From the NCBI GenBank assembly GCA_965204755.1, contig OZ242011.1, positions 576,001-640,000 of the forward strand: a stretch of 64,000 nucleotides of DNA. The letters are read 5' to 3'. This stretch comes from Candidatus Marinacidobacterium sp. (GTDB lineage Bacteria > Acidobacteriota > Vicinamibacteria > Marinacidobacterales > Marinacidobacteraceae). Below the pieces are notes generated by a model that saw only the letters and a program-made list of their open reading frames with translations, had not been told where the DNA came from and did no database searches. Positions within the stretch are counted from its first letter, which is position 1; each line of letters begins with the position of its first letter. Shown in pieces: positions 42,860-52,943 of this stretch. The position numbers were made by a program, and so were the translations under genes.

Positions 42860-44059
42860 CTACGGGCAGGCTTCGAACAGGGCGGCGACGCCCATCCCGC
42901 CGCTGACGCAGAGGGTGGCGAGGCCGTACCCGGCGTTCCGGCGCCGCATCTCGTGGAGGAGGGTCACCACGATGCGGGCGCCGGTGGCGCCGATGGGGTG
43001 GCCGAGGGCGACGGCGCCGCCGTTCACATTCAGGCGGTCGGGGTCGAGATCGAGGTCGCGGACGCAGGCGAGCACCTGGGGGGCGAAGGCCTCGTTCAAC
43101 TCCACCACGCCGATGTCTTCGAGGGAGCGGCCCGCGCGTTCGAGGAGCCGGCGCACCGCGGGGACCGGGCCGATTCCCATGATCCGGGGGTCCACCCCGA
43201 CGGTCGCCGAAGCCACGAGACGCGCCAACGGCCGGACGCCGAGCCGTTTCGCCGCGGACTCGGACAGCGCGAGGATTGCCGCCGCGCCGTCGGTGATCCC
43301 CGAGGAATTCCCCGCGTGGACGACGCCGTCCTTCCGGAACACCGGGCGCAGCCGGGCGAGGGACCCGGCGGTGACGCCGCGGCGCGGATGTTCGTCGGCG
43401 TCCACCCGCGCCCGTCGCTTCCCCCCGCGCCGGGTCGGCGCCTCCACCGGGACGACCTCCGCGTCGAAGCGCCCTTCCGCCCGCGCCGCTTCGCACCGGC
43501 GTTGGCTCCGGGCCGCGTACTCGTCGCTTTCGGCGCGGGTGATCCGGTACCGCTCGGCCAGGGTTTCGGCGGTCTCGCCCATGAGCCGGTCGGCGAGCGG
43601 GCAGTGGAAGCCGTCGCGGTACATCCCGTCTTCGACGGTCTGGTGGCCGAGCCGCTGCCCGAACCGCGCCCGGCGCAGCAGGTAGGGGGTGTTGCTCATG
43701 CTCTCGACCCCGCCGGCGGCCACGACTTCCGCTTCGCCCAGCCGGACGGCGTTCGCGGCGTCGAGGAGCGCCCGGAGCCCGGAGGCGCAGGCCTGGTTCA
43801 CCGTCCGCGCCGGGACGGAGTCGGCGAGGCCGGCGCGGCGGCCGACCTGGCGCGCCGGGTTCGGGCCGACGCCCGCCTGCCGGGCGTTGCCGAAGATGAC
43901 TTCGCCGACGGCTTCCGCCGGGACGCCGGACGCCTCCAGCGCGCCGACGAGGGCGGCGGCGCCCAACTCCGGGGCGGTGAGCGCGGAGAGCGCCCCGCCG
44001 AACTTGCCGATCGGGGTGCGCCGGGCGCCGGCCAGTACGACGGGTTCGCCGCCGGTCAT
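42860..44059 (-). CDS. Thiolase (acetyl-CoA C-acyltransferase)
   Basis: NQACASG, ELNEAF, GHPIGATG, LCVSGG. Confidence 0.94.
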   Translation of the reverse strand: MTGGEPVVLAGARRTPIGKFGGALSALTAPELGAAALVGALEASGVPAEAVGEVIFGNARQAGVGPNPARQVGRRAGLADSVPARTVNQACASGLRALLDAANAVRLGEAEVVAAGGVESMSNTPYLLRRARFGQRLGHQTVEDGMYRDGFHCPLADRLMGETAETLAERYRITRAESDEYAARSQRRCEAARAEGRFDAEVVPVEAPTRRGGKRRARVDADEHPRRGVTAGSLARLRPVFRKDGVVHAGNSSGITDGAAAILALSESAAKRLGVRPLARLVASATVGVDPRIMGIGPVPAVRRLLERAGRSLEDIGVVELNEAFAPQVLACVRDLDLDPDRLNVNGGAVALGHPIGATGARIVVTLLHEMRRRNAGYGLATLCVSGGMGVAALFEACP

Positions 44060-44083
44060 GAAACGCCGGGAAGCCGCCGCGCG

Positions 44084-45490
44084 TCAGCCCCGGCGCACAT
44101 ACTCGAAGTCGAGCGGGCGGCCGTCCACCGTCGAACGGGGCGGCGCGATCCAGTTCGCCATCTTCCCGGGCTCGGTGACCGGCTGCATCACGCTCGCCAC
44201 GAACTCGCGGTCCGCCGGCGTCGGCAGCCACTCGCCGTTGCGGCGCTCCCACTCGTCGGCTGTCAGCAACGCGCCGGACGGATCGAAACGGTGGTCGGCG
44301 TAGAGACCGATCCGGCGGTGGAACCGGCGGTGGGGAAGCGTCAGGCGGTCGGACAGCCCGGCCTCTTCCAGGATGCGGTTCCAACGGGCGACGCCGCGCT
44401 CGCAGTCCTGGATGTAGTCGTCGCGGAGGACTTCGTTCATCGCGTTCCGGAGGGGCGCTTCGCGCCGCTTCAACTCGCCGGCTTCGGGTTCTTCGAAGAC
44501 ATACACGCCGTCGAGCGCCGCGTGGTCTTCGCGCCTGGATTCCCGGGCGCGGCCTTTCAGCCCGCTCCCGAAGTAGTGCGCGGCGTTGGAAGAGATCTCC
44601 CCGCCGAAGAGGTCGAGCGAAACGCTGAACCAGAAGTTGATGTGGCGTTGGAGCAGGGGCAGGTCGAAAGCGCCGGCGGCGCGCGGGTCCTCCACGCCGC
44701 TCCGAAGAAGTCCCGCCGTGCGTTCCACGATGCGTCCGACGCCGGTTTCGCCCACCGACATGTGGAAGGCCTCTTCGGTGAGCATGAAGCGGGTGGTTCG
44801 GGAGAGCGGATCGAAGGCGCTCTCCGCCAGCGCGAGCAACTGGTACTTCCCGTCCCGGTCGGTGAACATGGTGAACAGGTAGAAGTTCAACCAGTCGTCG
44901 CAGGGTTCGTTGAACGCCTGCAGGATGCGCGGCCGGTCGGCGTCGCCGCTCGAACGCGCGAGCAGCGCGTCCGCTTCTTCCCGGCCGTCCCGTCCGAACC
45001 AGGAATGGAGCAGGTACACCATGGCCCACAGGTGCCGCCCTTCCTCCACATTCACCTGGAAGAGGTTCCGCAGGTCGTAGAGGCTCGGCGCCTTTCGTCC
45101 GAGTTCGCGCTGCTGCTCCACGCTGGCCGGTTCCGTGTCGCCCTGGGTGACGATGAGCCTGCGCAGGTCCGCGCGGAATTCCCCCGGCACTTCCTGCCAG
45201 ACCGGCTGTCCGGCGAAGTCGCCGAACCCGATGCGGCGGTCCGGCTCCGGCGGCGCGAGGAAGATGCCCCAGCGGTATTCCGGCATGCGCACGAAGTCGA
45301 AGTGCGACCAGCCGGAAGGCTCCACCGAAACCGCGGTGCGGAGGAAGACTTCGTCCGCCTGGAAGTCCGCCGGGCCCATTTCCTTCCACCATTCGAGGAA
45401 GGCCGGCCGCCAGCGGAGGAGCGCCCGCTGCAGCCGCGGATCCCCGGAGAGGTCCACATTGTTCGGGATGCGGGAGTCGAGTTCGGACAT
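44084..45490 (-). CDS. boxB: Benzoyl-CoA 2,3-epoxidase subunit B
   Basis: IPNNVDL, QGDTEPASVEQ, NVEEGRHLW, DRDGKYQL, TEEAFH diiron ligands. Confidence 0.93.
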   Translation of the reverse strand: MSELDSRIPNNVDLSGDPRLQRALLRWRPAFLEWWKEMGPADFQADEVFLRTAVSVEPSGWSHFDFVRMPEYRWGIFLAPPEPDRRIGFGDFAGQPVWQEVPGEFRADLRRLIVTQGDTEPASVEQQRELGRKAPSLYDLRNLFQVNVEEGRHLWAMVYLLHSWFGRDGREEADALLARSSGDADRPRILQAFNEPCDDWLNFYLFTMFTDRDGKYQLLALAESAFDPLSRTTRFMLTEEAFHMSVGETGVGRIVERTAGLLRSGVEDPRAAGAFDLPLLQRHINFWFSVSLDLFGGEISSNAAHYFGSGLKGRARESRREDHAALDGVYVFEEPEAGELKRREAPLRNAMNEVLRDDYIQDCERGVARWNRILEEAGLSDRLTLPHRRFHRRIGLYADHRFDPSGALLTADEWERRNGEWLPTPADREFVASVMQPVTEPGKMANWIAPPRSTVDGRPLDFEYVRRG

Positions 45491-45513
45491 GTCGAGGGGA
45501 GGAAGGCCGCCGG

Positions 45514-47205
45514 TCAGGTTCGTTCCCGGTCGAAGGCGGCGCGTTCCGGTTTGCCGTAGAGGGTGAGCGCGCCGCGTTCGCCCATCGCGTTCGGGCGCTG
45601 GAAGATCCAGTTCTGCCAGGCGGAGAGGCGGCCGAAGATCTTCGTCTCCAGGGTTTCCGGCCCGGCGAAGCGCAGCGACGCCTCCATGCCGGTGAGGGCG
45701 TCCGGGGAGAACCCGGCGCGCTCCTCGACCGCGAGGCGCAGTTCGTCCTCCCAGTCGAGGTCGTCCGGGGCGAAAGTGGCGAGGCCCGCTTCGAGCGCCT
45801 CCGAAGCGGGGAGCGGGCCCTTCCCCCGCGCCGCCGAAACCCGGTCGGGCGCCCCGAGGAACCGGCTCTCCAGGCGGGAGAGGCCGTTCCCCATCGGGTA
45901 GCCGCCGAAGTTCAACCCGGTGAGTTCCACCGACGCCGGCCGGGCCGGGTCGTCGCAGAGGTAACTCCGGTCGGCGGCGAGCAGCAGTTCCGCGAGGGTG
46001 CCGGTGAAGGACTCGCCGGCTTCGGCCACCGCGAAGAAACTCCGGGCGGTCTGGTCGAGCCGCCGGAAGGCGCGGGCGAGGCGGAGGCGGGCCTCCCCGG
46101 CCAACCAGGCCGGCGAGAGGGCGAGCAGGCGTTCGTCCGCTTCCCGGACGGCGTCCCGGTCGCCGGCGGCGCGCAGCAGTACGACGCCGATCTCCGGCTC
46201 GTTGAAGCGGAGACGGCAGAGCGCGTCATCGAGTTCCCGGGCGAAACGCAGGTGCCAGAGCCCGGAACCGGCGGCCGCGAGTTCCTCCGGGGTCGAGGGG
46301 AACGGGGCGTCCGGGGCGCGGGCGGTCAGCGTGGCGGCGCGGACGGAACGGTCGAGGGCGACTTCCAGGAACCGGTAGCGGAGCGCGTCGCCGCCCGCTT
46401 CCGGTTCGAGCGGTTCGAGTTCGACGCCGACCGCGCCGGGCGGAAGGGCGGGGGCCGCCGCGGCGAGCGCTGCGGCGCGTTCGGCCACGAGTGAGTCGAA
46501 CCGGCTCTTCGGGGCCAGGGCGTCCACGAGGCCCCAGTCGAGGGCGCGGCGACCGCGCACCCCCTCGGCGAGGGTGGAGAACACATCGGCGCGGTCCCGG
46601 CGGACACCGCGTTTGTCCACCACGCGGGTCAGCCCGCCGGTGCCGGGGAGGACGCCGAGCAGCGGCGCCTCCGGCAGCGAGACCGCCGAGGCCCCGTCGT
46701 CCACCAGCAGGATCTCGTCGGCGGCGAGCGCCAGTTCGTAGCCGCCGCCGGCGGTGGTTCCGGAGAGCGCCGCGAGGTAGCGCTGGCCGCTGCGGGCGCT
46801 CGCGTCTTCCATCGCCAGCCGGGTTTCGTTCGTGAACTTGCAGAAGTTCACCTTGAAGCGGTGGGAGGAGCCGGCCAGCATGAAGATGTTGGCGCCGGAG
46901 GAGAACACCCGGTCGAGGGCGCTCTCGATCACGACGCAGCGCGCCTGAGGGTGGGTGAAGCGGAGCCGCTCGACCGCGTCGGCGAGTTCGATGTCCACCC
47001 CCAGGTCGTAACTGTTGAGTTTCAGCCGGTAGCCGGGGTGGAGGCCGGCGGACTCGTCCACGGCCAGGGTCAGGCGGGCGACGGCGCCTTCCGTCGCCAG
47101 GCGCCAGTGGCGGTAGCGCGACGGGTGGGTCTCGAAGCCGATCGGCGCGGACTCCGCGGACGCGGACGCCGGGGAGGCGGGGGCGGCGGGCGCCGGGGCG
47201 GACAT
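45514..47205 (-). CDS. boxC: 2,3-epoxybenzoyl-CoA dihydrolase
   Basis: LKLNSYDLGVDIELADA, KVNFCKFTNETR, IFGRLSAWQNWIF. Confidence 0.93.
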   Translation of the reverse strand: MSAPAPAAPASPASASAESAPIGFETHPSRYRHWRLATEGAVARLTLAVDESAGLHPGYRLKLNSYDLGVDIELADAVERLRFTHPQARCVVIESALDRVFSSGANIFMLAGSSHRFKVNFCKFTNETRLAMEDASARSGQRYLAALSGTTAGGGYELALAADEILLVDDGASAVSLPEAPLLGVLPGTGGLTRVVDKRGVRRDRADVFSTLAEGVRGRRALDWGLVDALAPKSRFDSLVAERAAALAAAAPALPPGAVGVELEPLEPEAGGDALRYRFLEVALDRSVRAATLTARAPDAPFPSTPEELAAAGSGLWHLRFARELDDALCRLRFNEPEIGVVLLRAAGDRDAVREADERLLALSPAWLAGEARLRLARAFRRLDQTARSFFAVAEAGESFTGTLAELLLAADRSYLCDDPARPASVELTGLNFGGYPMGNGLSRLESRFLGAPDRVSAARGKGPLPASEALEAGLATFAPDDLDWEDELRLAVEERAGFSPDALTGMEASLRFAGPETLETKIFGRLSAWQNWIFQRPNAMGERGALTLYGKPERAAFDRERT

Positions 47206-47287
47206 GGAGCGCCGGGGATTATCGCCGCCGCCGGAGCGCGTATCCGGCGGGCGGATCGGCGGCGACCGGGCTCTACGCTTCCGGCCG

Positions 47288-49405
47288 ATGACCGCGCGGG
47301 CGCCGGCGGAATGCCGTCCGGCGGCGGGTTTCCTCCTCGTCCTGCTGGCCGGGGCCGCGCAGCCGACGACGGCGGCGACAGCGACGACGACGACGGGCGG
47401 GCAGACGGATCCCCCGGAACTGGTCGAACCGAACCAGCGGCTCGCGCTGGGGACCGCGCTCGGACTTCCCCGGACCCACGGGTTCGACCTCTCGCCGGAC
47501 GGGCGGCGCGCGGTGCTGGCGGTGGCCGTGGGCAACCGGTCGAGCCTCTTCCTGGCCGCCCCGGGGGCGGCGCCCGGCGAACTCACCCGGGGAACCCGGT
47601 GGGACTCCGCGCCGCGCTTCCTGGGCGACGGGGCGGCGGTGGTCTTCGTCTCCGGACGCCGGCCGCGGGGGCTCGAGCGGGAGGCGGGCCGGCTCATGCG
47701 CCTGCGGCTCGGCGGGGAGGCGGAGGCGATTACCGGCGAGGGATTGCTCGTCCGGGCGCCCGCCGTATTCGCGGCGCCGACGGGGGGCGGGACGCGGATC
47801 GCGTTCCTCGGGCGTCCGTCCGCGCCTCCCGCCGACGCCGGGCGCCCCGATGCCGGGTTCGACCTGTTCGTAGTCCCGGCGGAGGGCGGTGAGCCGGAAC
47901 GGCTCACGGGACACCCCGGCGACGAGGGGAGGCCGGTCTGGTCGCCGGACGGACGCCGGATCGCCTTCGCCTTCGACGCCGGGCTCGCCGGGCCGGACGG
48001 GCCGCGCCGGCGGGCCGCGCCCCTCCACTCGGGTCTCGCCGTGGTCCCCGCGGGAGGGGAGGCTCCGGAAGGCCCGCGGACGCTGCTCACCGACGCGTCA
48101 CTGCCGCCGCGGGGGACGGCGGCCACCCCGCCGACCTGGACCCCGGACGGGGCCGCGCTGGTCTGGGCCGCGCCGGCCGGCGAGGGCGGCGGCGCCTTCG
48201 ACGCGCTCCACCTGGTCCCGGCGGACGGAGCGGCCGCGCCCTACCCGCTGGTCACCGCCGAGGCCGATCTCTCCCGGCCGGTCTTCCGCCCGCTTCCTCC
48301 CGGCGAACCGGACGCCGAACGGGAATGGATGCTCGCCTGGATCGCCGACGACGGGGCGAGCCGCCGGCTCCACCGGGCGGCGATCCGGCGGGGGGAGGAC
48401 GGCCGGCTCGGCGTGTCCGGCCGGGTGCGCGTCGTCACCCGGGGGAGCGGCGTCGCCTCGGAACCGGTCTGGAGCGCCGACGGCGAACTGCTGGCGGCGC
48501 TCCACGAGTCCGCGGTCTCCCCCCGCGACCTCTGGACTTTCCCGCTCGGCGGCGGGCGCGAACGGGTCAGCGACACGCTCTTCCCGGAGGCGGATGTGCG
48601 CAGTTTCTCCCGCCCGGAAGTCCTCGAAGCGGGGGCGGAAGACGGGTTCGAGACGAACGCCCTGCTCTACCGCCCCACCGGCCCGGTTCCCGAGGCCGGG
48701 GCGCCGCTCCTCGTCCACCTCGCCGGCCCGGCGGGCGGCGGCCGGCGGAGCGGCTTCGACCCGGTGGTGCAGTTGCTCGCCGAGCGCGGCTACGCCGTGC
48801 TCGCGCCGAATGTGCGGGGCGGACGCGGCCGGGGCGGGGCGTTCGCCGCGGCGAACGACGGCGACTGGGGCGGCGGGGACCTGCTCGACCTGGCGGCGGC
48901 GGTGCGGGCGGCGCGGGAGAGCGGCGGGATCGCCCCCGACCGGGCCTGCGTCTTCGGGACGGGCTACGGCGGGTTCCTCGCGCTCGCCGCCCTGGCGCGG
49001 CTGCCGGACCTCTTCGCCTGCGGGATCGAGGCGATGGGGACCGCGGACCTCGTCCGCCTCCATCGGGAGATCGACCCGGCGGGCCGCCGGGTGATCGAGG
49101 CCGAACTGGGCCCGCTGCGGGGCAACCTGGCCGACTATCGGCGGCTGTCCCTCGTCGGCGAAGGCGGGGCGGTCGCCGCTCCCCTGCTCTCCTTCCACGG
49201 GGAGGAAGTCCCGGAAGCCCCGTTCGCGGCCAAGGAGCCCTTCCTCGAGGAACTCCGGCAGCGGGCCGACTACCCGCTGGTCGAGTTGTACTTCCGGGGC
49301 GACGCCGGGCGGTCGGTGTTCCGCTGGGAGACCGACCGGGGGGCGGCTTACGCGTTCCTGGAGAAGGTCCTGGAGTTCCTCTCGCTCCACCTGCCGACCG
49401 ACTGA
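47288..49405 (+). CDS. S9 prolyl-oligopeptidase-family protein (PD40 propeller + alpha/beta hydrolase), catalytic triad apparently lost
   Basis: Signal peptide, PVWSPDG repeats, APNVRGG, DWGGGD; GTGYGG in place of GxSYGG. Confidence 0.8.
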   Translation: MTARAPAECRPAAGFLLVLLAGAAQPTTAATATTTTGGQTDPPELVEPNQRLALGTALGLPRTHGFDLSPDGRRAVLAVAVGNRSSLFLAAPGAAPGELTRGTRWDSAPRFLGDGAAVVFVSGRRPRGLEREAGRLMRLRLGGEAEAITGEGLLVRAPAVFAAPTGGGTRIAFLGRPSAPPADAGRPDAGFDLFVVPAEGGEPERLTGHPGDEGRPVWSPDGRRIAFAFDAGLAGPDGPRRRAAPLHSGLAVVPAGGEAPEGPRTLLTDASLPPRGTAATPPTWTPDGAALVWAAPAGEGGGAFDALHLVPADGAAAPYPLVTAEADLSRPVFRPLPPGEPDAEREWMLAWIADDGASRRLHRAAIRRGEDGRLGVSGRVRVVTRGSGVASEPVWSADGELLAALHESAVSPRDLWTFPLGGGRERVSDTLFPEADVRSFSRPEVLEAGAEDGFETNALLYRPTGPVPEAGAPLLVHLAGPAGGGRRSGFDPVVQLLAERGYAVLAPNVRGGRGRGGAFAAANDGDWGGGDLLDLAAAVRAARESGGIAPDRACVFGTGYGGFLALAALARLPDLFACGIEAMGTADLVRLHREIDPAGRRVIEAELGPLRGNLADYRRLSLVGEGGAVAAPLLSFHGEEVPEAPFAAKEPFLEELRQRADYPLVELYFRGDAGRSVFRWETDRGAAYAFLEKVLEFLSLHLPTD

Positions 49406-50376
49406 ACGACCGGCATCCCGGCGGCGCTCGGGGGCGCCGGGAGCGGCGAGTCCGGCCGGGAGTCCGGCCGGGAGTCCGGCCGGCCGGGGACCTGGTTCGC
49501 CGCGTGGTAGGAACTCCTCACCAGCGGCCCGGCCTCGACATGGCGGAGACCGAGGCGGCGGCCCCGTTCCGCGAGGTCGGCGAACTCCTCCGGGGGGACG
49601 AAGCGGACGACCGGCAGGTGGCGCGGCGTCGGCTGGAGGTACTGCCCGGCGGTGAGGATGTCCACCCGGTGCTCCACCAGGTCGGCCATGAGCGAGTCGA
49701 GTTCGGCGGCGGTCTCGCCGAGGCCCAGCATCACCCCGGTCTTGGTGGTCGTCCCCGCCCGGAGTTCCGCCGCGCGGCGCAGCAGGTCGAGCGACCGCCG
49801 GTACCGGGCGCCGGGGCGGACCTGCCGGTAGAGCCGCGGCACGGTTTCCACATTGTGGTTCAGGATCTCCGGCGCTTCCGCCATCACGGTTTCGAGCGCG
49901 CCCGGCGCCCCCCGGAAGTCCGGGACGAGCACTTCGACGGTGACCCCCGGGTTGCGGCGCCGGACTTCGCGGATGGTGGCGGCGAAGACTTCCGCCCCGC
50001 CGTCGGGCAGGTCGTCCCGGTTCACGGAAGTGACCACCGCGTGGCGGAGCCCCATCGCGGAGACCGCCTCCGCCACCCGGCCCGGCTCCTCCCGGTCGAG
50101 ACCGGTCGGCCGGCCGGTGGTCACCGCGCAGAAGCCGCAGGCGCGGGTGCAGACCTCGCCCAGGATCATGAAGGTCGCGGTTCCCTCGCCCCAGCACTCG
50201 GCGAGGTTCGGGCAGCGCGCCTCCTCGCAGACCGTGTGGAGGTCCTTCTCCCGCATCAGCCGCCGCAGCCGGGCCCAGGTCGGCCCGGACGGGACGCGGA
50301 CCCTCAGCCAGTCCGGCCGGGGCCGGCGGGGCGGCGGGGCGCCGACGACGGGGAGCGGAACCGGGCCGGCGGTCAG
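49348..50376 (-). CDS. lipA: Lipoyl synthase (start probably CTG)
   Basis: CEEARCPNLAECW, CTRACGFC, RSSYHA. Confidence 0.95.
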   Translation of the reverse strand: MTAGPVPLPVVGAPPPRRPRPDWLRVRVPSGPTWARLRRLMREKDLHTVCEEARCPNLAECWGEGTATFMILGEVCTRACGFCAVTTGRPTGLDREEPGRVAEAVSAMGLRHAVVTSVNRDDLPDGGAEVFAATIREVRRRNPGVTVEVLVPDFRGAPGALETVMAEAPEILNHNVETVPRLYRQVRPGARYRRSLDLLRRAAELRAGTTTKTGVMLGLGETAAELDSLMADLVEHRVDILTAGQYLQPTPRHLPVVRFVPPEEFADLAERGRRLGLRHVEAGPLVRSSYHAANQVPGRPDSRPDSRPDSPLPAPPSAAGMPVVQSVGRWSERNSRTFSRNA

Positions 50377-51755
50377 ACCGCGTCCTCCCGCCAATCCTCG
50401 AGGCGCCGCTTGACCGCGCCCAGGAAGCGGTCGGCGACCGCGCCGTCGATCAGGCGGTGGTCGAAGGAGAGCGCGAGGAAGACCATGGAACGCACCGCGA
50501 TGGCGTCCCCGGCGACCACCGCCGGGCGCTTGTGGACGCCGCCGATGCCCAGGATCGCCGACTGGGGCTGGGCGATGATCGGCGTGCCGAAGAGCGCCCC
50601 GTAGGGCCCCGGGTTGGTGATCGTGAAGGTGCCCCCGGCGAGTTCCTCGGCGCGCAGCGCGCCGGAGCGGGCGCGGGCGGCCAGGTCGGAGATCCCCCGG
50701 GCGAGCCCCACGAAGTTCCGCTCCTCGGCGCGGTGGAGGACCGGGACGAGGAGCCCGTCGGGAAGCGCCACCGCGATCCCCAGGTCCACCGTCCGGTGGT
50801 AGTGGATGCGGTCGTCCCGGAGCGAGGCGTTCAGCACCGGGAACTCGCCGAGCGCCTCCACCGCCGCCCGCGCGAAGAACGCCGTCAGGGTGAGCCGGAC
50901 GCCGGTGCGCTCCTCGAAGGCGGCGCCCTGCCGCTCGCGGGCGGCGACCACGGCGGACAGGTCCACCTCGAAGACGGTGGTCACATGCGCCGCGGTGCGC
51001 CGGGAGCGCACCATGTGCTCGGCGATGGAGCGCCGCATCCGGGAGAGCGGCTCCGCGCGGCCGGGGGCGCCGGCCGGGGCGGAAACGGGAGGCAGGGGTT
51101 CCGGGGCGGCCGGCGGGAACGCCGCCTCCGCCGGGAGCGGCTGCGGCGCGGGGGAAGCGGGCGCGGCCGCCGGGGCCGGAGGCGGTTCGGGGAGCGCGAC
51201 CTCCGGCGGCTCGAAGGTCGGCTCCGCCGGGCCCGGCGGCGGCGCGGTCGGCAGGCGCTCGATCCAGGCCAGCATGTCCCGCTTGCTCACCCGGCCGCCC
51301 TCGCCGGTTCCGGGCACCTCGGCGAGATCCACGCCGTGCTCCCGGGCCATCCGCCGGACGAGCGGGGAACTCCGGGGGCGCTTCCGCCGGCCGGCGGCGG
51401 CCTCGGTCGCCGGCGCGGCCGGCGGGGGCGCCGGCGGGGCGGCGGTCTCCGCTCCCTCGTCCGGCGCCTCGGGGGTGGCCGGTTCGGGCGCGGCCGGCGG
51501 CGGGGCCGACGATTCGCCCGGCGCCGCGATCCGGGCCACCACGGTGTTCACCGGGACGGTTTCGCCTTCGGGAACCAAGATCTCCGCCAGCCGGCCGGTG
51601 ATCGCCGCCGGCACCTCCGTGTCCACCTTGTCGGTGGCGAGGTCGAAGAGCGGATCGTCCCGCTCCACCTCGTCGCCGACCGAAATCCGCCATTTGGTGA
51701 TCGTTCCTTCCGTGATGCTCTCCCCCATCTGGGGCAGGATCACATCGGTCGGCAC
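50373..51755 (-). CDS. 2-oxoacid dehydrogenase E2 (dihydrolipoamide acyltransferase)
   Basis: Lipoyl domain TDKVD, PSBD GTGEGGRV, DHRLIDG. Confidence 0.93.
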   Translation of the reverse strand: MPTDVILPQMGESITEGTITKWRISVGDEVERDDPLFDLATDKVDTEVPAAITGRLAEILVPEGETVPVNTVVARIAAPGESSAPPPAAPEPATPEAPDEGAETAAPPAPPPAAPATEAAAGRRKRPRSSPLVRRMAREHGVDLAEVPGTGEGGRVSKRDMLAWIERLPTAPPPGPAEPTFEPPEVALPEPPPAPAAAPASPAPQPLPAEAAFPPAAPEPLPPVSAPAGAPGRAEPLSRMRRSIAEHMVRSRRTAAHVTTVFEVDLSAVVAARERQGAAFEERTGVRLTLTAFFARAAVEALGEFPVLNASLRDDRIHYHRTVDLGIAVALPDGLLVPVLHRAEERNFVGLARGISDLAARARSGALRAEELAGGTFTITNPGPYGALFGTPIIAQPQSAILGIGGVHKRPAVVAGDAIAVRSMVFLALSFDHRLIDGAVADRFLGAVKRRLEDWREDAV

Positions 51756-51965
51756 AACTCGAATTCTACTCGCCGGAACCCCCTCGCCCGGACGGTTCCC
51801 GACCCTTTCCGGTCAGCCGGGAGCGCCCCGGTCGGCGCGAACCGCCGACCGGCGCCCTTTCTCCCGGATTCCCTGCGCGGCCCGCCGAAGGCGGCGATGG
51901 AACCGGGCGAACCCGGAGCGCCGGTACACGGCCGCCCGGCGGGGCGTCCTCGCGGACGCGGCCCC

Positions 51966-52655
51966 TCAGGAGGGCCCGAAGAACCAGCGGGAGAAGACCG
52001 TGAAGGCGGCGCCGAGCAGGGTGACGAGGAGCGTGACGACCAAGACATCGTACCGACGGGCGATCCGGTCCATCCGGGCATCGGTGCGCCCTTCCGAGTC
52101 GCGGATGAGCACTCGCACTTCGGTGAGGAACGCGCCGAGGCGGGCATCCAGGCGTTCGTCCTGCCGTTTCTCCGATTCCCGGATGGAATCGACGATCACC
52201 CGGGTCATCCGCGTTTCGGACTCGCGGACGGTCTCGACCACGAAAGCCCGCGTGCGCTCTTCGGACTCGCGGACCGTCTCGACCACGAAGGCCCGCGTGC
52301 GCTCCTCGGACTCGGCGATGCGGGTGGTGGTGCGCTCCTCCGACTCGGCGATGAGCGCCCGGGTCCGCTCCTCGGACTCGGCCACCAGCGTCCGGACTTC
52401 GGAGACGACCGCCCGCTGCACCGCGCCGGTCTCCTCGGTCAGGGCCCGCCCGAACCAGTCCCGGAGCCGCTCCTCGGACTGCTCCAGGTCGCCGAGCGTC
52501 GCCGGCGTCTCCGGCGGCGGCCGGCGGGAGGGAGGCATGATGCGCAACCGTTCGCTCCTCTCCGGAGGGTAGCCCGGGGGCGGCGAGGGCGCAACGGTTC
52601 CGGGGGCGGCGCGGTCGGTCCGGGAAGGGAGAGAAAGGGCTTCGGGGTTCGGCAT
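51966..52655 (-). CDS. Coiled-coil protein with 11-residue repeats and C-terminal TM helix (start uncertain)
   Basis: Repeated (A/R)ESEERT units; C-terminus ARRYDVLVVTLLVTLLGAAF. Confidence 0.7.
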   Translation of the reverse strand: MPNPEALSLPSRTDRAAPGTVAPSPPPGYPPERSERLRIMPPSRRPPPETPATLGDLEQSEERLRDWFGRALTEETGAVQRAVVSEVRTLVAESEERTRALIAESEERTTTRIAESEERTRAFVVETVRESEERTRAFVVETVRESETRMTRVIVDSIRESEKRQDERLDARLGAFLTEVRVLIRDSEGRTDARMDRIARRYDVLVVTLLVTLLGAAFTVFSRWFFGPS

Positions 52656-52943
52656 GGGCGGGGTCTCGCTTTGGCGTGGGGGAAGTGGGGACGATGCGGA
52701 GCGGGCCGGAAGCCGGCCGCCCCTCTTCCCTATAGAACGGAATCCCGACGATTTCTGCTCACCCGTTGCGCGCTCCCGGGCGGATTCGTCCGGTTTCCTC
52801 CCCGGGTCCGCCGCGGGCGGCCGCCGGATTTCGCCCGGCGGTAGTGCGCCTACGACACCGACTTCCCGACAGTCGACGACTTACGAAGCCGAACCGTCGA
52901 AGCCGCGCCGGCGGCGGAATCGCGCCGCGATGCGCGCCGAGGG

